Part shown: piece by piece, positions 14,055 through 28,910 of the stretch | Position numbering within the stretch: the stretch's first letter is position 1 | Layout of the letters: each line of letters begins with the position of its first letter | DNA from: Octopus vulgaris | Lineage: Eukaryota | Reading direction: 5' to 3' | DNA: 64,000 bases | Assembly: GCA_951406725.2 (NCBI GenBank) | Contig: OX597834.1 | Coordinates: forward strand, 13,020,001-13,084,000 | Translations under genes and position numbers: made by a program | Notes under the pieces: generated by a model | Told to the model about the DNA's origin: nothing | Seen by the model: only the letters and a program-made list of their open reading frames with translations | Databases searched by the model: none

Positions 14055-14306
14055 GTACGAATATTGTTTACATTTGACGAATATTTGTTCTCATCTTGTT
14101 TGTTGTCAACACAACGTTTCGGCTGATATACCCTCCCGCCTTCATCAGTTGCCTTTAGGAAATGTCGAACCTGGATTCTCAATCCTAAAGTATTTTTCGA
14201 TATTATTATTATGCTTATGATTATAATTATTCAGACCAATGCCTGGGATCGAACTCGGAATCTTGGGATTAGTAGCTCGCGCTCTCAACCACTACGCCAC
14301 ATGCCC
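14055..14306 (-). mobile_element. tRNA-headed SINE-like element carrying a hammerhead motif
   Basis: Minus strand: GGGCATG-TGGCGTAGTGG (A box)...GTTCGATCC (B box, 14246-14254), an AT-rich linker, then an HHR at 14108-14153; 3' boundary approximate. Confidence 0.65.
14108..14153 (-). ncRNA. Minimal type-I hammerhead ribozyme motif
   Basis: GGCAA-CTGATGA-A-GGCGG(gagggtatat)CAGCC-GAAA-CGTT^-GTGTT; canonical core, palindromic stem III ACGT, one mismatch each in stems I and II. Confidence 0.7.
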
Positions 14307-15559
14307 GTGGGTCAATATGTATGGCGATGTCAGATGGTTTTGCAAATAATACACACCCATATATTAGTTTATTATTATTATATAACTTATGATCAGCCCT
14401 GGCTGGATACCTTAAGCAGGCTCTCTTACGTTTGGAAAGAAAACGACACCATACGTGTCATGTTTATAGCAGAGGATAATGTGAAACCCAAAGCTCAAAG
14501 TAAAGTGAAACTCATATATCGAACTCAACGCTTAAACTGAGCGGCAAAACGTGCTGAGCTCGGGCCAGTGCGCCTACGACGAAGACTATTAAATGGTGAA
14601 TATTGCAGCGTGGCTTTGAAGATATGTTGTTAGATAAACCACGGTGGACTCACAAACGGGCAGGATTATATATCGCAGAGAGTGCTTGGAAAAGGCGCCA
14701 CCACTGAGAATCGAAGGTAGATGTGCGGCTGCTACCGTTCTTTTAGCAGAAGACTTTTGAACATTTTCTACGCTGCTAACCTAAAAGAAAAAAAAAAATC
14801 AACAAACAGAAGAATACATCATTAACGTTGTTGGTTCTGCAGGAATACAAGACAGAATGTTCTTTGGGAAATAAAGTAGCCGTTTCATGACTGCTAGGAG
14901 CGAATCGTGAGATCAAAGTTCCATCTTTCTCAGAAACAACTAGCGGTGACAAGGAGAAACGCGAAGTTCAACAAATGCACTAAATTGAATTATGCAACGA
15001 GGAACAACGCCCACAAAACAAATACTGCATTATCCAGATTTAAGTCTCACGGCACGGTCTCCAAAAGCGATAGGATGCCTTATTGTTAAAACCAAGTTAA
15101 AATTTCTTAACGAAAGAAAATCATAAAAAAGTAATGTAAATAAAATTAACAAATGATATTTCCTTTCAAGTGAGAACATTTTCTTCCATGTACGATTTAT
15201 ATACTCTGAATGAGAGTTCGTATGCCGTCACTAAGAACCAAAAATCACTATATACGAAATGAATTCCATAGAAAGCAATGGCAGATACATCCGATGAGAC
15301 ACATACATGATAAATACAAGGAATTTTTAAATGAAAAATATTGCATAAAACGAAATGGGACGTAATGGGACATCATAAAATGGCAAAATCTAGGGACAGT
15401 TTCGTACCGGCGGGGTTGTTCTGTTTATCGAGTCCCAACAAGGATCTCAGACAGACACTACTGTACGAAATATGCGTGCATTTCCAAGTAATACCGACTT
15501 TCGCAATACATCTAGATTTTAGGGGTTTTTAAGGTTTTCGGATTTTTTTTTCACATTGG

Positions 15560-17350
15560 GTGGTATTGAACCCGAAGCTCCGAAGACGATAGGTATAATC
15601 TTCATCTCCCACTTTAACGGTCTCAATTCTTAGGTCACCATATCTCTCAATCTTTTCCCTTTCTGTCTTTCATGATGATATGTTGATCTCCTGACACATG
15701 CATCGTCAACTAATAGGCACTCTTGCTTTTTCCTCCAAAAGGTTAATATAACCGGCCTTCGGTGCTCTAAGACCTTGGAAGTCAGAGGATTTTTGCCTTT
15801 TTCTTTTCGTCCATTATTTTTTCCGGTGTATATTGGTACCGAACACCCGTTACCAGTGGAGGTTTTGGGCTACGTTGTCGCGTCTACGCTTCTACTCTTC
15901 CTGCGCAAGACTTTCACAAGCACTAACAATGTGAGAAAAGCTTTTGACCTTCTTCCCACCCATTCTGCAGAGGTCTGTTGCACTTGTGTGGTACAGATTC
16001 TTTTTCACCGTGTTGGTATTTGATACCTGATCCCAGGCAGCGATGATTTCAGCATTCTTTTGTAGGTCACCTTTCTTGAGCCAACTCCATAATGCTTTCT
16101 GCTCTTGTAATTTGTTAGTTTCACGGTTGAATTGGCCATGTAAATTCCATAAGCAGTAGGGTTTCTTCTCTCTTTTTGGTTGATTTTGATCGGAATTCAT
16201 GGGCACCCTCAAGACCATTTTTGTTAAGTTCTTCTGCACTAGTAGCATACTGTAGCAGGTCTTGTTTGCTGTTTACCAAATATTCTGGCATGCTTCTTCT
16301 TTTAATGCTGATGCACTTCCGTACGCTGATTAGTCTACATCTACAGTTATATCTCTTCAAGTAGAGCCTGTGTAAATTTGTCTTATTTTGGCGGAGACCA
16401 TGCATTGTCATTGTGTTTCAGGTAGTGCGATCGAGTCACAAGGTTTCTTGGTCTGAGTGTTAATTTCAAGAGAAGTTTGAGGCGCTTGAAATGTGCTGTG
16501 AGGATCTTGTCTTTCATTTCTTTGTGCAGGATATTGTCCAGCACCAGGATCCCAAGGTAATTCTATCCATCATCATTCGGGCTTGCCATTCTCTGAACGT
16601 TTGGCAATTATCTGCCCCTACAATTTACTCTTTTCGCCCGCTTCAAGATACCGAATTCCATCCCTATATCCTTGCTGCACCTTTGCAAAGTCTCAACTAG
16701 CCTCTCCATTTCAAGCTTTGTTTTGCGAACAGTTAAAAAATTATACATAAAAGGAAGGTTGTTGAGACGAGGTTCATTTTTTCTCAGCTCATGTTGGAAG
16801 TAGGATTACCCAAAGAGGGATCAAGGCTATAAGAATTAACAGAGGTGAAGAAGAGTCTCGTTGGAAGATAACTCGTTTGATTGTTACCTCACCTAAGTGC
16901 TAGTCGTTACAGTAAAGACGTGCTTTCCAGCAAGGCATGCTGTTCTTAATCAGTCCACAAAAGTTCAACCTATTCTGCACATGTTCGGTGTTTCCAAACT
17001 CCATGAATGCTGGTTATTTGGAGGTGCCAGATACACGCCTTTTCCTACAATCCTGATGGGTTTACAAGGGAGCCCGGCTTTACTGTCAGGACACAGGTAT
17101 TCACCACTGTGTCTAAGGAGTCCTATTTACTCCAGTTTTTACATCAGAGTATTCTTTCTCCGAGACACACTTGCAACTAAGCCTTCCGAGTCCTGTCTAA
17201 CCGTTTTCGGAATATATATTGACTCTATTATGTTCCTCTGTCCTTTGCCAGGGTTCGTTTTTAGTCACGCAGTGTGTCAAAAATCCACTCCACTCTACTC
17301 ACCAAGCAAAATTCGTGGTTTTGCTGGTTCAGTCTCAGACAACTCGACGG
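15560..17350 (-). mobile_element. Decayed, internally deleted R4/Dong-like (RLE) non-LTR retrotransposon
   Basis: Minus-strand peptides 'SKDIGMEFG', 'YLGIL', 'LHRLYLKR', 'LHGQF', 'WLKKGDL..AEIIAAWDQ', zinc-knuckle relic 'CRM..SHIVSACESLAQEE', and RLE-like 'RRP..', 'IIPIVFGASG'; many stops and frameshifts. Confidence 0.8.
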
Positions 17351-17633
17351 TTTCACAAGACTACTTAGCAATAATACTCAGTAATTATTATTAACTATTA
17401 TAATTTCAGTATTTCTACTATAATTCCTAACTTATTATTTACTTTAGGGCGTTCTATGGGACGCCCTGGATGAAATATTATTTACTGATTCACTACTATA
17501 GTTTCACAATTATTACTTCAATTACATTATTACTATAAGTCCGAGGGGTCCTAATATTGTCTCCCCTGACTTCTATAGACAACGAATTGTGGCAGATTAA
17601 CAATTGCTGATTTAGCTGCTGCTGCTACTGCTG

Positions 17634-18374
<741 letters not shown>

Positions 18375-19102
18375 TTGCACAATATAAATGCGAACGAGAT
18401 CGAATCAATAGAATCGAGCCAATGCTAGACCAGAATTTCATTTGTAAGTTTGAACAAATGTATGACTCTCTGCTCGAACTAAAGAGCAGAAAAGTAAACA
18501 GAAAAAAACTTCTTTCCAGCAGATATTCAACTCTCTTGACAAACTAACCAAACCTTTAAAAGCATTGGTTTTTATTTGATATCGAAAATTAATCCAAAGA
18601 AAATATAGAGAATATATTATATTCTAGCATTCCCTGACCAGTTCCAGATATATTATTGCAAGACAGAAATACACGTAGATTTATATTTTCCATACATTAG
18701 GTTTTTTTCTTGCTTCATATTTTCTTTTTATCGTCTGTATTATTCGCTACGTGATGTATGTAACATTGGTCTAAAGAAAATCCCGTTGTTATTCAGAGAA
18801 ACAGTCATGATTTTGATTTACACACATACAAAATATATCGAAAAGAAAAAAAAAAGAAAATTATGTAAAAGATTTTTCCAAACATTCAAAGAAATATTAC
18901 AACAAACACGCGTAGGTATGTGAAATTTATTTGTCTGTGCGATAACAAAGAGTACGGCGTGTTTCTTTGTGTCTGCGTACGTCTCTGCATATAAGATGTA
19001 GGATGTCAATTATGGGGAAATAATTTTTTAGAGTACCTTTGAGAATATGATAGGTGAATTCCGAAAGGCTGTTATGGAAATTATTGCTGAAATACTCTGT
19101 TG

Positions 19103-19217
<115 letters not shown>

Positions 19218-20095
19218 GTTATAATTATCAATCATATATATATATCTATAAAATAATATGTTACAATTACTCAATGGTCAAGATATCTTACCGTTTTTAC
19301 CAATAATATTATATATATATATATATATATACACTATTGATCTTACTATATGTTTATGTACCATCATTTGTATCTTTCTGAATACTTATATGCAAAGTGT
19401 ATATATCTTGTAACTTTTAATGTACGTATATACGAAATTATAACTTACTTATTTCGTATTATTAACCTCAGTACTTCTATGTCGAGTACAAAATATTTTT
19501 CACGATATTCGCTAAATAATTCGCATCTAAATTTCCTGTTAACCCTTCGCAATTCATGTAAGATAAGACTCGTAGAATCTCACTTCTTACATTTCTTTTT
19601 TCCTATAAATATGAAATCTTATTTTATTATTTTATTTAACTTTTGAAATAGACTGTTACGCTCCAGCTTTTAAAATCATATTCATTTTGTTCATTATTGA
19701 ACTGTCTGTCGTTTGTTAACTAAACATTTCTTCTTTTGTATTACGTATGAAGTTCAGCAAACAACTATTAACTTAAAGAAATAAAAACAGAGACGAATTG
19801 AATAGAAAGTACGTTCTTTTTGAAACATTTGTCATATTTACTAGATATAATTTTCTCGTAGGGTAACTCTATCGCAGTCCAATTTTTTTAATAACAGATA
19901 AATGGCTGGATGATAATGATTTCACGTGTTGGCAGTTTATACTGTGATTGATATCAGGCTGGGACGATTGATTATTGAAATATATTTAGATAGATATAAT
20001 CGACACATGAAATCCGTTTTGTATAAGTAATAGGTGAATCTAAAATGCACCATTTAAAAACATGTCGTTCAAATTTTACACGCAATCGTCACTCA

Positions 20096-20170
<75 letters not shown>

Positions 20171-20187
20171 AACAAACTTGCACATGG

Positions 20188-20270
<83 letters not shown>

Positions 20271-21616
20271 CAATTTAGGACGACATGCATTTGGCTTCAG
20301 CTCGTTGCGATCAATATAGTTATATTTTCGAATAGATTCTAATATCATTGAATTGGTAGCTAAATTTTCAATGAATTAACATGGATGCAGAATGGCAATC
20401 AAAATTTAACTCACGAGTCTATAGTTCTGTTTTTAATATATTTGATATCATATATACTCGGAATTGGATGCAGCTATTTGGGAGTGTTGGTTGAAGGTAT
20501 AGAAGTGAAAGAAAAATGTTCTTTGTGGATTATAGGTATGCCCTAGAGGAGAGGAGGGTTTTAGAAGAAACGGAAATCCTTTCACAATCAGTTCTGATAT
20601 TTAATCAAAATTGTAGAGTACATCAACTTATTGTAATTACATATTATTGCTACGTAAGTTCGATTACTTTTAATAGTGGGGAAAATATTCAGTCATAAAT
20701 TGACTGAGACTCTCTTACTTAATTTGTGAATGTGTCGTCAGAATGGTTTGCGTTTGTTGCTTGTATCTCAAATTTAGATATGAATTATTCGTGTCTCTGC
20801 CGAAGCGTCCAGTCTTGATTATGTGTTGGATCTACAAGGCATATCTATGGAATACATTTATACTGTGTCGTCATTTATTATCGAATACTGCAACGTATGG
20901 CATAATACGTATTGCAGAAAAATACGAAGTTCAAACCGAAGTTATTTTTTCTCATTATGAATATGGCAAATACCTGCAAATGGTATGAAAACAATTTTTA
21001 GAGTACAAAACCAGGAGACTTTGTGTTTTTCGTTATGCTGCAGGCAAATTTTTATTAGTATACGTACATAATCTATCGATCGTCGGATCTATTTCTGAAA
21101 CTACATTTTATCATATTCATTTGCAAATAGAAAAGCTGAAAAAATGTCTTCAAATTTCGTGGAAACATTAACACAAAATATGTAATTTTTAAAAAAAATG
21201 TTTAAGTTTATGAATGAGTACGTTTTCGATAAATGCGTATGTATGCTTGATTGTACGAGTGTGTGTATGTACACATGTTATATGTGAATGAATATACACA
21301 CATAGTTTCTATGGGAAGAAAATATTCACGTTTACATAAAAAAAAAGTTTAAGCGTGGGAGCGAATCAGCGTGTGTTTTTAACGATTTTGAAGAATTTCA
21401 GAATCTCAATTATTCTATTTGAGTTTAGTTTATTTTCATTCATTTCGCTGGCCTGAAATGGGCGGATATATTTTGTGCAATAAAGACGTGGACGACATAA
21501 GAAAACGAAAAAGACAATACAATCGATATGTTGCTATGACAATACAATCAATAAAAAAACAATCGATTCACAATCCAATTTGTGGATGTTAGATTTTAGT
21601 ATGCTGATGTGTGGAG

Positions 21617-21712
<96 letters not shown>

Positions 21713-21909
21713 GTAGGTAGGTAGGTATGTAGGTAGGGACGTATGCATTTATGTATATGCGTGTGTATGTTGATATATATATATATATTTAAATGAACAT
21801 ATATATATATATATATAATATATATGTATGTATATATATATATATATATATATATTTAAATGTATGCCTATGTATGTACATACATATATGTATATGTATA
21901 TATATGTAT

Positions 21910-21952
<43 letters not shown>

Positions 21953-22093
21953 GTATGTATATGTATTATGTATATATATATATATATATACATATAAATA
22001 TATATATATATATATATTTAAACGTATGTATATACATATATGTATGTGTATATATATGCAAATATGCATATATATATTTAAATGTATGTATAT

Positions 22094-22140
<47 letters not shown>

Positions 22141-22668
22141 ACATCCCACTCAAAATGTTGGTATAGTGGAACGAGAGGTAATAGATGTAAAATAACAAGA
22201 GCCAATGACAGCAAGAAAGATTAAGCATGAGCAAGACAAAGAGCGATCTAGTTTTAGAATATTCTCACAATGTTTATATGCGTGATTTAAGTGAAATCGA
22301 TTATTATCTCCAATCTTCAATCTTCGATTGATTCCTTTCCAAATATCGATAGTTGTCCAGCAAAACAGTTTTTAAAAACTATTACTTCATAATTGCCATT
22401 TTTTCCCCACCACATTGTTCTAGAGGTTCGCTTTAATGTTCTTTGCATCATTTTGTTTTGTTGTTCTGTTTTTTTTTGTTCACTTATATCCTTTATTGCT
22501 TTTACTTTACTTACGGTCAATGAATGCGTTGATTTTAGTGTTTAATTTATTTGTTAAGGCCTCAGTTCACTCACGATGACTCAGACAAATCTTTATATCA
22601 TTTCAAGCACTGGTTATTAAGTCTGTTAGTTTAACTAGTATGGCATAAACAATATAGTTGCACTATAA

Positions 22669-23551
22669 GGCGGCGAGCTGGCAGAAACGTTAGCACGCCG
22701 GGCGAAATGCTTAGCGGTATTTCGTCTGCCGTTACGTTCTGAGTTCAAATTCCGCCGAGGTCGACTTTGCCTTTCATCCTTTCGGGGTCGATAAATAAAG
22801 TACCAGTTTTGCACTGGAGTCGATATAATCGACTTAATCCGTGTGTCTGTCCTTGTTAGTCTCCTCTGTGTTTAGTCCCTTGTGGGTAGTAAAGAAATTT
22901 GTATTTCGTCTGCCGCTGCGTTCTGAGTTCAAATTCCGCCGAGGTCGACTTTGCCTTTCATCCTTTCGGGCTCGATTAAATAAGTACCAGTGGTCAATAT
23001 AATTGACTTAATCCGTTTGTCTGTCCTTGTTTGTTCTCTCTGTGCTTACCCCTTGTGGGTAGTAAAGAAATAGGCATTTTGCCTGTCTTTATGTTCTGAG
23101 TTCAAATTCCGCCGCGGTCGACTTTGCCTTTCATTCATTCGAGCTCGATTAGTTAAGTACCAGCTACGCACTGGGGTCGATATAATCTACTTAATCCATT
23201 TGTCTGTCCTTGTTTTTTCTCTCTGTGTTTACCCCTTTTGTGGGTAGTAAAGAAATAGGTATTTCGTCTGCCTGTCTTTACGTTCTGAGTTCAAATTCCG
23301 TCGAGGTCGACTTTGCCTTCATTCATTCGAGCTCGATTAGTTAAATACCAGGTGGGGTCGATATAATCTACTGAATCCATTTGTCTGTCCTTGTTTTTCC
23401 TCTCTATGTTTAGCTCCTTGTGGGTAGTAAAGAGGTATTTCGTCTGCTGCTACGTTCTGAGTTCAAATTCCGCCGAGGTCGACTTTGGCTTCCATCTTTT
23501 TGGTGTCGATAAATTAAGTACCAGTTGTGTACTGGGGTCGAATATAATTGA
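22669..23551 (+). mobile_element. SINE family B: one tRNA head followed by about 4.6 tandem body units of 173-185 bp
   Basis: Head ggcggcgagctggcagaaacgttagc; units start near 22717, 22901, 23074, 23259 and 23435 (gtatttcgtctg...gttcaaattccgccgaggtcgac...gtaaagaaa). Confidence 0.9.
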
Positions 23552-23569
23552 ATGGCTCAGCTCTTTCAT

Positions 23570-23830
23570 ATGGTACCAGAGTAAGGGATGTTTCAGGATG
23601 TTTAACAAAACACCCATGTTTCTGGTGGTAATTTATTTTAACACCAAAGAATTCCTCTCACCACATCGCTATGATGCTCCCCAACTACTTCTGCTCGTAA
23701 TCAGAGATGTACACATCGTCAGCCACCATAGGACATGCTCAACTGGTTATGATCAAAAATCATATAAGCAAATCTGTGGTATTGTGCAGAGTATTTATTG
23801 TAGCCCATCATTAATACTAAAACAATGTAC
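23570..23830 (-). mobile_element. Family E dispersed repeat, internal fragment
   Basis: Reverse-complement homology to 38265-38500 (catgctcaactggttat, aagcaaatctgtggtattg, gtagcccatcatt). Confidence 0.75.
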
Positions 23831-23859
23831 CCAGCACCTCCGATGAGATATTATTACTA

Positions 23860-23891
<32 letters not shown>

Positions 23892-24567
23892 AGTAGTAGT
23901 AGTTGTAGTTGTTGTTGTTGTTGTTGTTGTAGTATTAGTAGTAGTACTTTTGTGCCATCAAAATAGCGTTATTTTAAAATGTATCAGCAGAAACATGCTA
24001 TTAAAAGCATGCATTAGACTGTGTTATGACACTTGATGGATGACTATTCGAAGTTCTAGATTCGTCCCAATTTTCAAAAGCTATATTTTTGCAATAGAGA
24101 ACACAGAATGAATTATAGTACATCTACATATTATTATTTAACCGTGAAAGTTTCATTCAATACAATATTAAAAAATGTTATTGAATATTCATTTCCTGCC
24201 CAAAATTACTACCATTACTGTATAAAAATTTCTATGTAAGACTTGTCTCAAATTTATCTACTGAAACTTACATATTTGGAATTAGTTTACAAATTGAACA
24301 TTTCGAATAGTGCTTAATTACATTCTAAAGAGAATTATATATTACTGAGTTTTAATGTAGACATACTCCAACGAATCGTATTAAGAAACGGCTAGAATTC
24401 CCTAATAGTTTCTTATAGAAACACTGATAATAAACCGGCGTTATCTCAGCCACTTAAATGAGCTGAATCAGTAACCCTTTTTTTCTGCGCGCCTCAGGGT
24501 TATATAAATATTAAATAGACCATGCAAGCATTAGAGGATTTTCAATTAATTGAATGGTGACAGATAT

Positions 24568-24987
24568 TACTCTTTTTTTTTTTTTTACTTGTTTCAGTCA
24601 TTTGACTGCGGCCATGCCGGAGCACCGCCTTTTAGTCGAGCAAATCTACCCCGGGACTTATTCTTTGTAAGCCAAGTACTTATTCTATCGGTATCTTTTG
24701 CCGAACCGCTAAGTGACGGGGACGTAAACACACCAGCATCGGTTGTCAAGCAATGCTGGGGGGACAAACACAGACACACAAACACACATACACACATTTA
24801 TATATATATATATACATATACAGGACGGGCTTCTTTCAGTTTCCGTCTACCAAATCCACTCACAAGGCATTGGTCGGCCCGGGGCTATAGCAGAAGACAC
24901 TTGCCCAAGATGCCACGCAGTGGGACTGAGCCCGGAAGCATGTGGGTCGTTAGCAAGCTACTTACCACAGCCGCCACTCCCGCGCCT
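24568..24987 (-). mobile_element. SINE family A, full length
   Basis: Head, internal (CA)/(TA) tract and tail all present. Confidence 0.92.
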
Positions 24988-25059
24988 AAAGTTGTGAGTA
25001 CTACTATTGGATGGTCTTAACTATTGTTTGAGTGTGTATAACTCGTTTACAGGGATTTC

Positions 25060-25600
25060 TAGCTTAGCATCACCCCAGGGGGCACTCATTAAACAAATTG
25101 AAGGCATGATTGATCTCAATTACTGGGACCGCCTTAAAGATTTGAAACACTTGTCTCTCCAGCGCCCCCGCAAGTGGTACATCATTTGTACGATGTCGAT
25201 AATATACCGCCAGCATTAACCAAATGACCTGCACATTAGTTTGAAGGTTCATCCAAGGCTGGGACCACGAGCCATAGTCCCCTGCCCAATTTAGGATCAC
25301 AACATATAGGTACACTGTGGCATAACTTCTTTTCCTCAACAGGCCCTGCCCAGTTTAACATTGTCCCAAAACTGATTAAAGACGAAAAGGATCCCATCAC
25401 TTTTAACCGGGGTTTGGACAGATTTCTTCAAGGAATACCAGATAAGCCACCCATACGTAGTTACACCTCACTCAACAAGAACTCACTACTTTAATGGACC
25501 ATAAACTTGACTTTACAAGGATTTACATAATCCTATTAGGTGGTGCTATTAAATTAGACATGGCCTGAGCCAATCTTTGGTCGAAACATATCTAAGTTTT
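25060..25600 (+). mobile_element. CR1/L2-group LINE 3' fragment (decayed RT C-terminus and 3' UTR)
   Basis: 'IEGMIDLNYWDRLKDLKHLSLQR', 'FNIVPKLIK', 'LDRFLQGIPDKP'; the 3' end ggtggtgctattaaattagacatggcct is also present at 42390-42477. Confidence 0.8.
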
Positions 25601-26303
25601 ATAAGAGCCACCGATAAGGAATATGATTTATTAGAATTTTTGTCTGGAGCCATGTTTTAAAATCGATTGTGTTGGAGAATTTAAACTGAGTCGGTAGTAA
25701 TAAATTTGTAACCAAGATTTCAGGAAATAAAATCCAAATAGAAATGAATCGCAAGCAATGTGATTTTAAGTTTTAAAATAGCTGTAACAAAATTCAACAA
25801 AACCCGATCGTTTCATTTTATTATTAACTTGTTTCCCAATACTGAAAATCAAATTACAATTGGTAATTGTGCGGTTAATAAGAATTCATAGAAATGTGTT
25901 TAAAATCCATCATGCTCTGCCATTCCGTAACAGAAACCCATAGAATATATCGATTCCTCTTAACACGAGAAATTCCACACTGTGGTACACAAAACGTGGC
26001 ATATTTCATCGATTTGTGTGGTTTCAGTTGTGTAAACCGATTCATGCTAATATGAATATTGACGTAATTCAAGTGTAGTAGCTGTTCATTCATACTATAT
26101 GTAGTAACTTCGATGTCATTGATATCACGTTGATATCAGTTTGAATTTGTACTATAAATCATCGATGTAACAAATATTTCATTCGGGTAAATGTTGGGTA
26201 TTTTATGATGCAGTATATATATGCAGGCATAAAACTCCTTGAATAAATATTGGAAAAACATCATCACAGGAAATAAAGCAAAAAGAGTTTTCTGTACAGA
26301 CAC

Positions 26304-26703
26304 CTCTCTTTACTCTTTTACTTGTTTCAGTCATTTGACTGCGGCCATGCTGGACCATAGCCTTTAATCGAGCAACTCGACCCCGGTACTTATTCTTTTG
26401 TAAGCCCAGTACTTATTCTATCGGTCTCTTTTGCCGAACCGCTAGGTAACGGGGACATAAACACACCAGCATCGGTTGTCAAGCAATGCTAGGGGGACAA
26501 ACACAGACACACAAACACGCATATATATATATATATACATATATACGACCGGCTTCATTCAGTTTCCGTCTACCAAATCCACTCACAAGGCTTTGGTCGG
26601 CCCGAAGCTATAGTAGAAAACACTTGCCCAAGGTGCCACGCAGTGGGACTGAACCCGGAACCATGTGGTTGGTAAACAAGCTACTTACCACACAGCCACT
26701 CCT
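26304..26703 (-). mobile_element. SINE family A, full length
   Basis: Same architecture as the other A copies. Confidence 0.92.
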
Positions 26704-27266
26704 CTAATCGTCATTATATTATAACATTATTTAACTTTATCGACATTTACACCGTACTCCCCACTTTCGACACACAATTAGTTCGTGGTTATATTCATAT
26801 TAATTTTGATCTCTTCGTATAAAGCAGTAAGGTAGCTGAATCGTTAGAGCGCCAGCCAAATTGCTTAAAGCTATAATGTATGGCTTCATGTTCATCCTTT
26901 CATCAGTTGCATCTCTCCCTGAAACTGGTGGCCTTTGTGAAATTATACTAACATATTTGTATGAATAAAGTTAATTTGTTGGTGTGTTCACGTCCCTGTA
27001 ACTTTGCAGTTCGGCAAAATGAAGCGATAGTATATTAGTTAGGTGTAATGATTGATATATTTATATCAGGAAAATACTTCACTTCACGCTATTCCAGCCT
27101 AATCAACTAATAACAGTGAGTAAAACTGCAACGGATCAGCGTTCCGTTCGTAAGTGGAAAATATGAGTCACAGAATCTGAATTTATTAGCCGACAGTTAG
27201 GTAAGGAACATTGGTTTATTTTTTAACATATAAAATATATTAATATATATATATATATATATATAT

Positions 27267-27512
27267 AGGCGTAGGAAAGTATCACCTGGTTCCGGACTTG
27301 CTTATCAACCACATGGTTCCGGATTCAGTCCTTTTGTTGTGGAACTTATTTCTATACAGTAATTAACCTATTTGGCTGCTATTTAATATTTTCGGTATAT
27401 TTAACACTTGTTGCAATTATTATTATAATTATATACAATCACGAATACGGTCATTTCCATACCGAAAACTACTAGGTGAATTATTAATTTTATTAAATTA
27501 ATTATATTTCAT

Positions 27513-27574
<62 letters not shown>

Positions 27575-27815
27575 GCTTGTATGTGGTGTTTGTCCCAAAA
27601 CATCGCTAACAGATGTTGTAGTGTTCACATCCTGTAACGTTGCTGTTCAGCAAAAGGGTGCGATAGAATAAGTACTGGGCTTACAAAGAATAAGAATATG
27701 TCCACGGAGGCAGTAAGATTAGCTGAATTGTTAGCTCCTTAGATAAATATTTGACATATATCATTACATTCTGAGTTCAGATTCCGGCGAGGCTGTCGTT
27801 GCTTTTTATACTTTC
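27267..27815 (+). mobile_element. Cluster of old degenerate SINE A and B fragments
   Basis: ggcgtagg..ccacatggttccggattcagtcc (27268), gatagaataagtactgggcttacaaagaataag (27662), ttctgagttcagattccggcgagg (27769). Confidence 0.55.
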
Positions 27816-27885
27816 AGACATGTGTGTGTGTGTTTTTGATGTCCGGTGTATTCAAATTTGAAATATATTTCTTTCTAATGAAGCT

Positions 27886-28297
27886 AGAATGGCTGTGTGA
27901 TAAGTAGCTTGCTAACTAGCCACATGGTTCCGGGTTCAGTCCCACTTCTTGGCATCTTGGGCAAGTGTCTTCTGCTATAGCCTCGGACCGACCAATGCCT
28001 TGTGAGTGGATTTGGTAGACGGAAACTGAAAGAAGCCTGTCGTATATATGTATATATATATATGTATGTATGTGTGTGTGTTTGTATGTCTGTGTTTGTC
28101 CCCCTAGCATTGCTTGACAACAGATGCTGGTGTGTTTACGTCCCCGTTACTTAGCGGTTCGGCAAAAGAGACCGATAGAATAAGTACTGGGCTTACAAAG
28201 AATAAGACCTGGGGTCGATTTGCTCGACTAAAAGCGGTGCTCCAGCATGGCCGCAGTCAAATGACTGAAACAAGTAAAAGTGTAAAAGAGTAAAGAG
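27886..28297 (+). mobile_element. SINE family A, full length
   Basis: tggctgtgtgataagtagcttgc...aatgactgaaacaagtaaaag(agtaaaag)n. Confidence 0.92.
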
Positions 28298-28910
28298 CAG
28301 TTACTGAAATTTGAAATCGCAAAAGAAAAATAGAAAATTACGTTTAGGGTTTAACTCTCTTGCGGCAACCGAATATTTTGAACGAGAGAAAGAAAAGCTG
28401 CAAAAATACACATTTAATTCGACGTGTTCCAAACTTGATAGTACATAACTTGAAGAGTTTAGAGTTAAATAATATTGACTTCTATGTTTCCATAGCTGTA
28501 AAATTTGGATATCTGTGCGAGAGAAATTTTACTATTGGGTGATTATCAAATAGAAATAGATGTAAAGTGCTGCCAGCATTTTAAAATCGGCTAGAATCAA
28601 TGAAACAATATGGAAGTATTAAATAAAGAACTCCAGAACGAGGATGTCTCCCATAAAAGCACAATACGAACGCATAAAAAGCGATTTCGACACACCATAA
28701 TGTAGAAAGCATCGTAACCTGCGAGATTTTAATATTCGGTGAACACGTACGCGAATAAAATTCTAATATATTTGGCAATGAATTAAAATGTATCTGTTGT
28801 ATTGAAACGCAGCAATAATATGCATATCCAGAAGACAATATGAACTCTCAAATGATTGTCGAAGCCCCAACATAACGCGTTGAGTTTACGCATAATTTGG
28901 TCAGCGTACA

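Noticed and set aside
22669-23551. Possible CRISPR-like or ribozyme-containing array
   Set aside because: Units are whole SINE bodies with no unique spacers, and I found no HHR core on either strand of the unit.
25555-25600. Hammerhead-like ...GGTCGAAACATATC
   Set aside because: No CUGANGA core, and the second copy (42390-42477) lacks GAAAC; it is the LINE 3' stem-loop.
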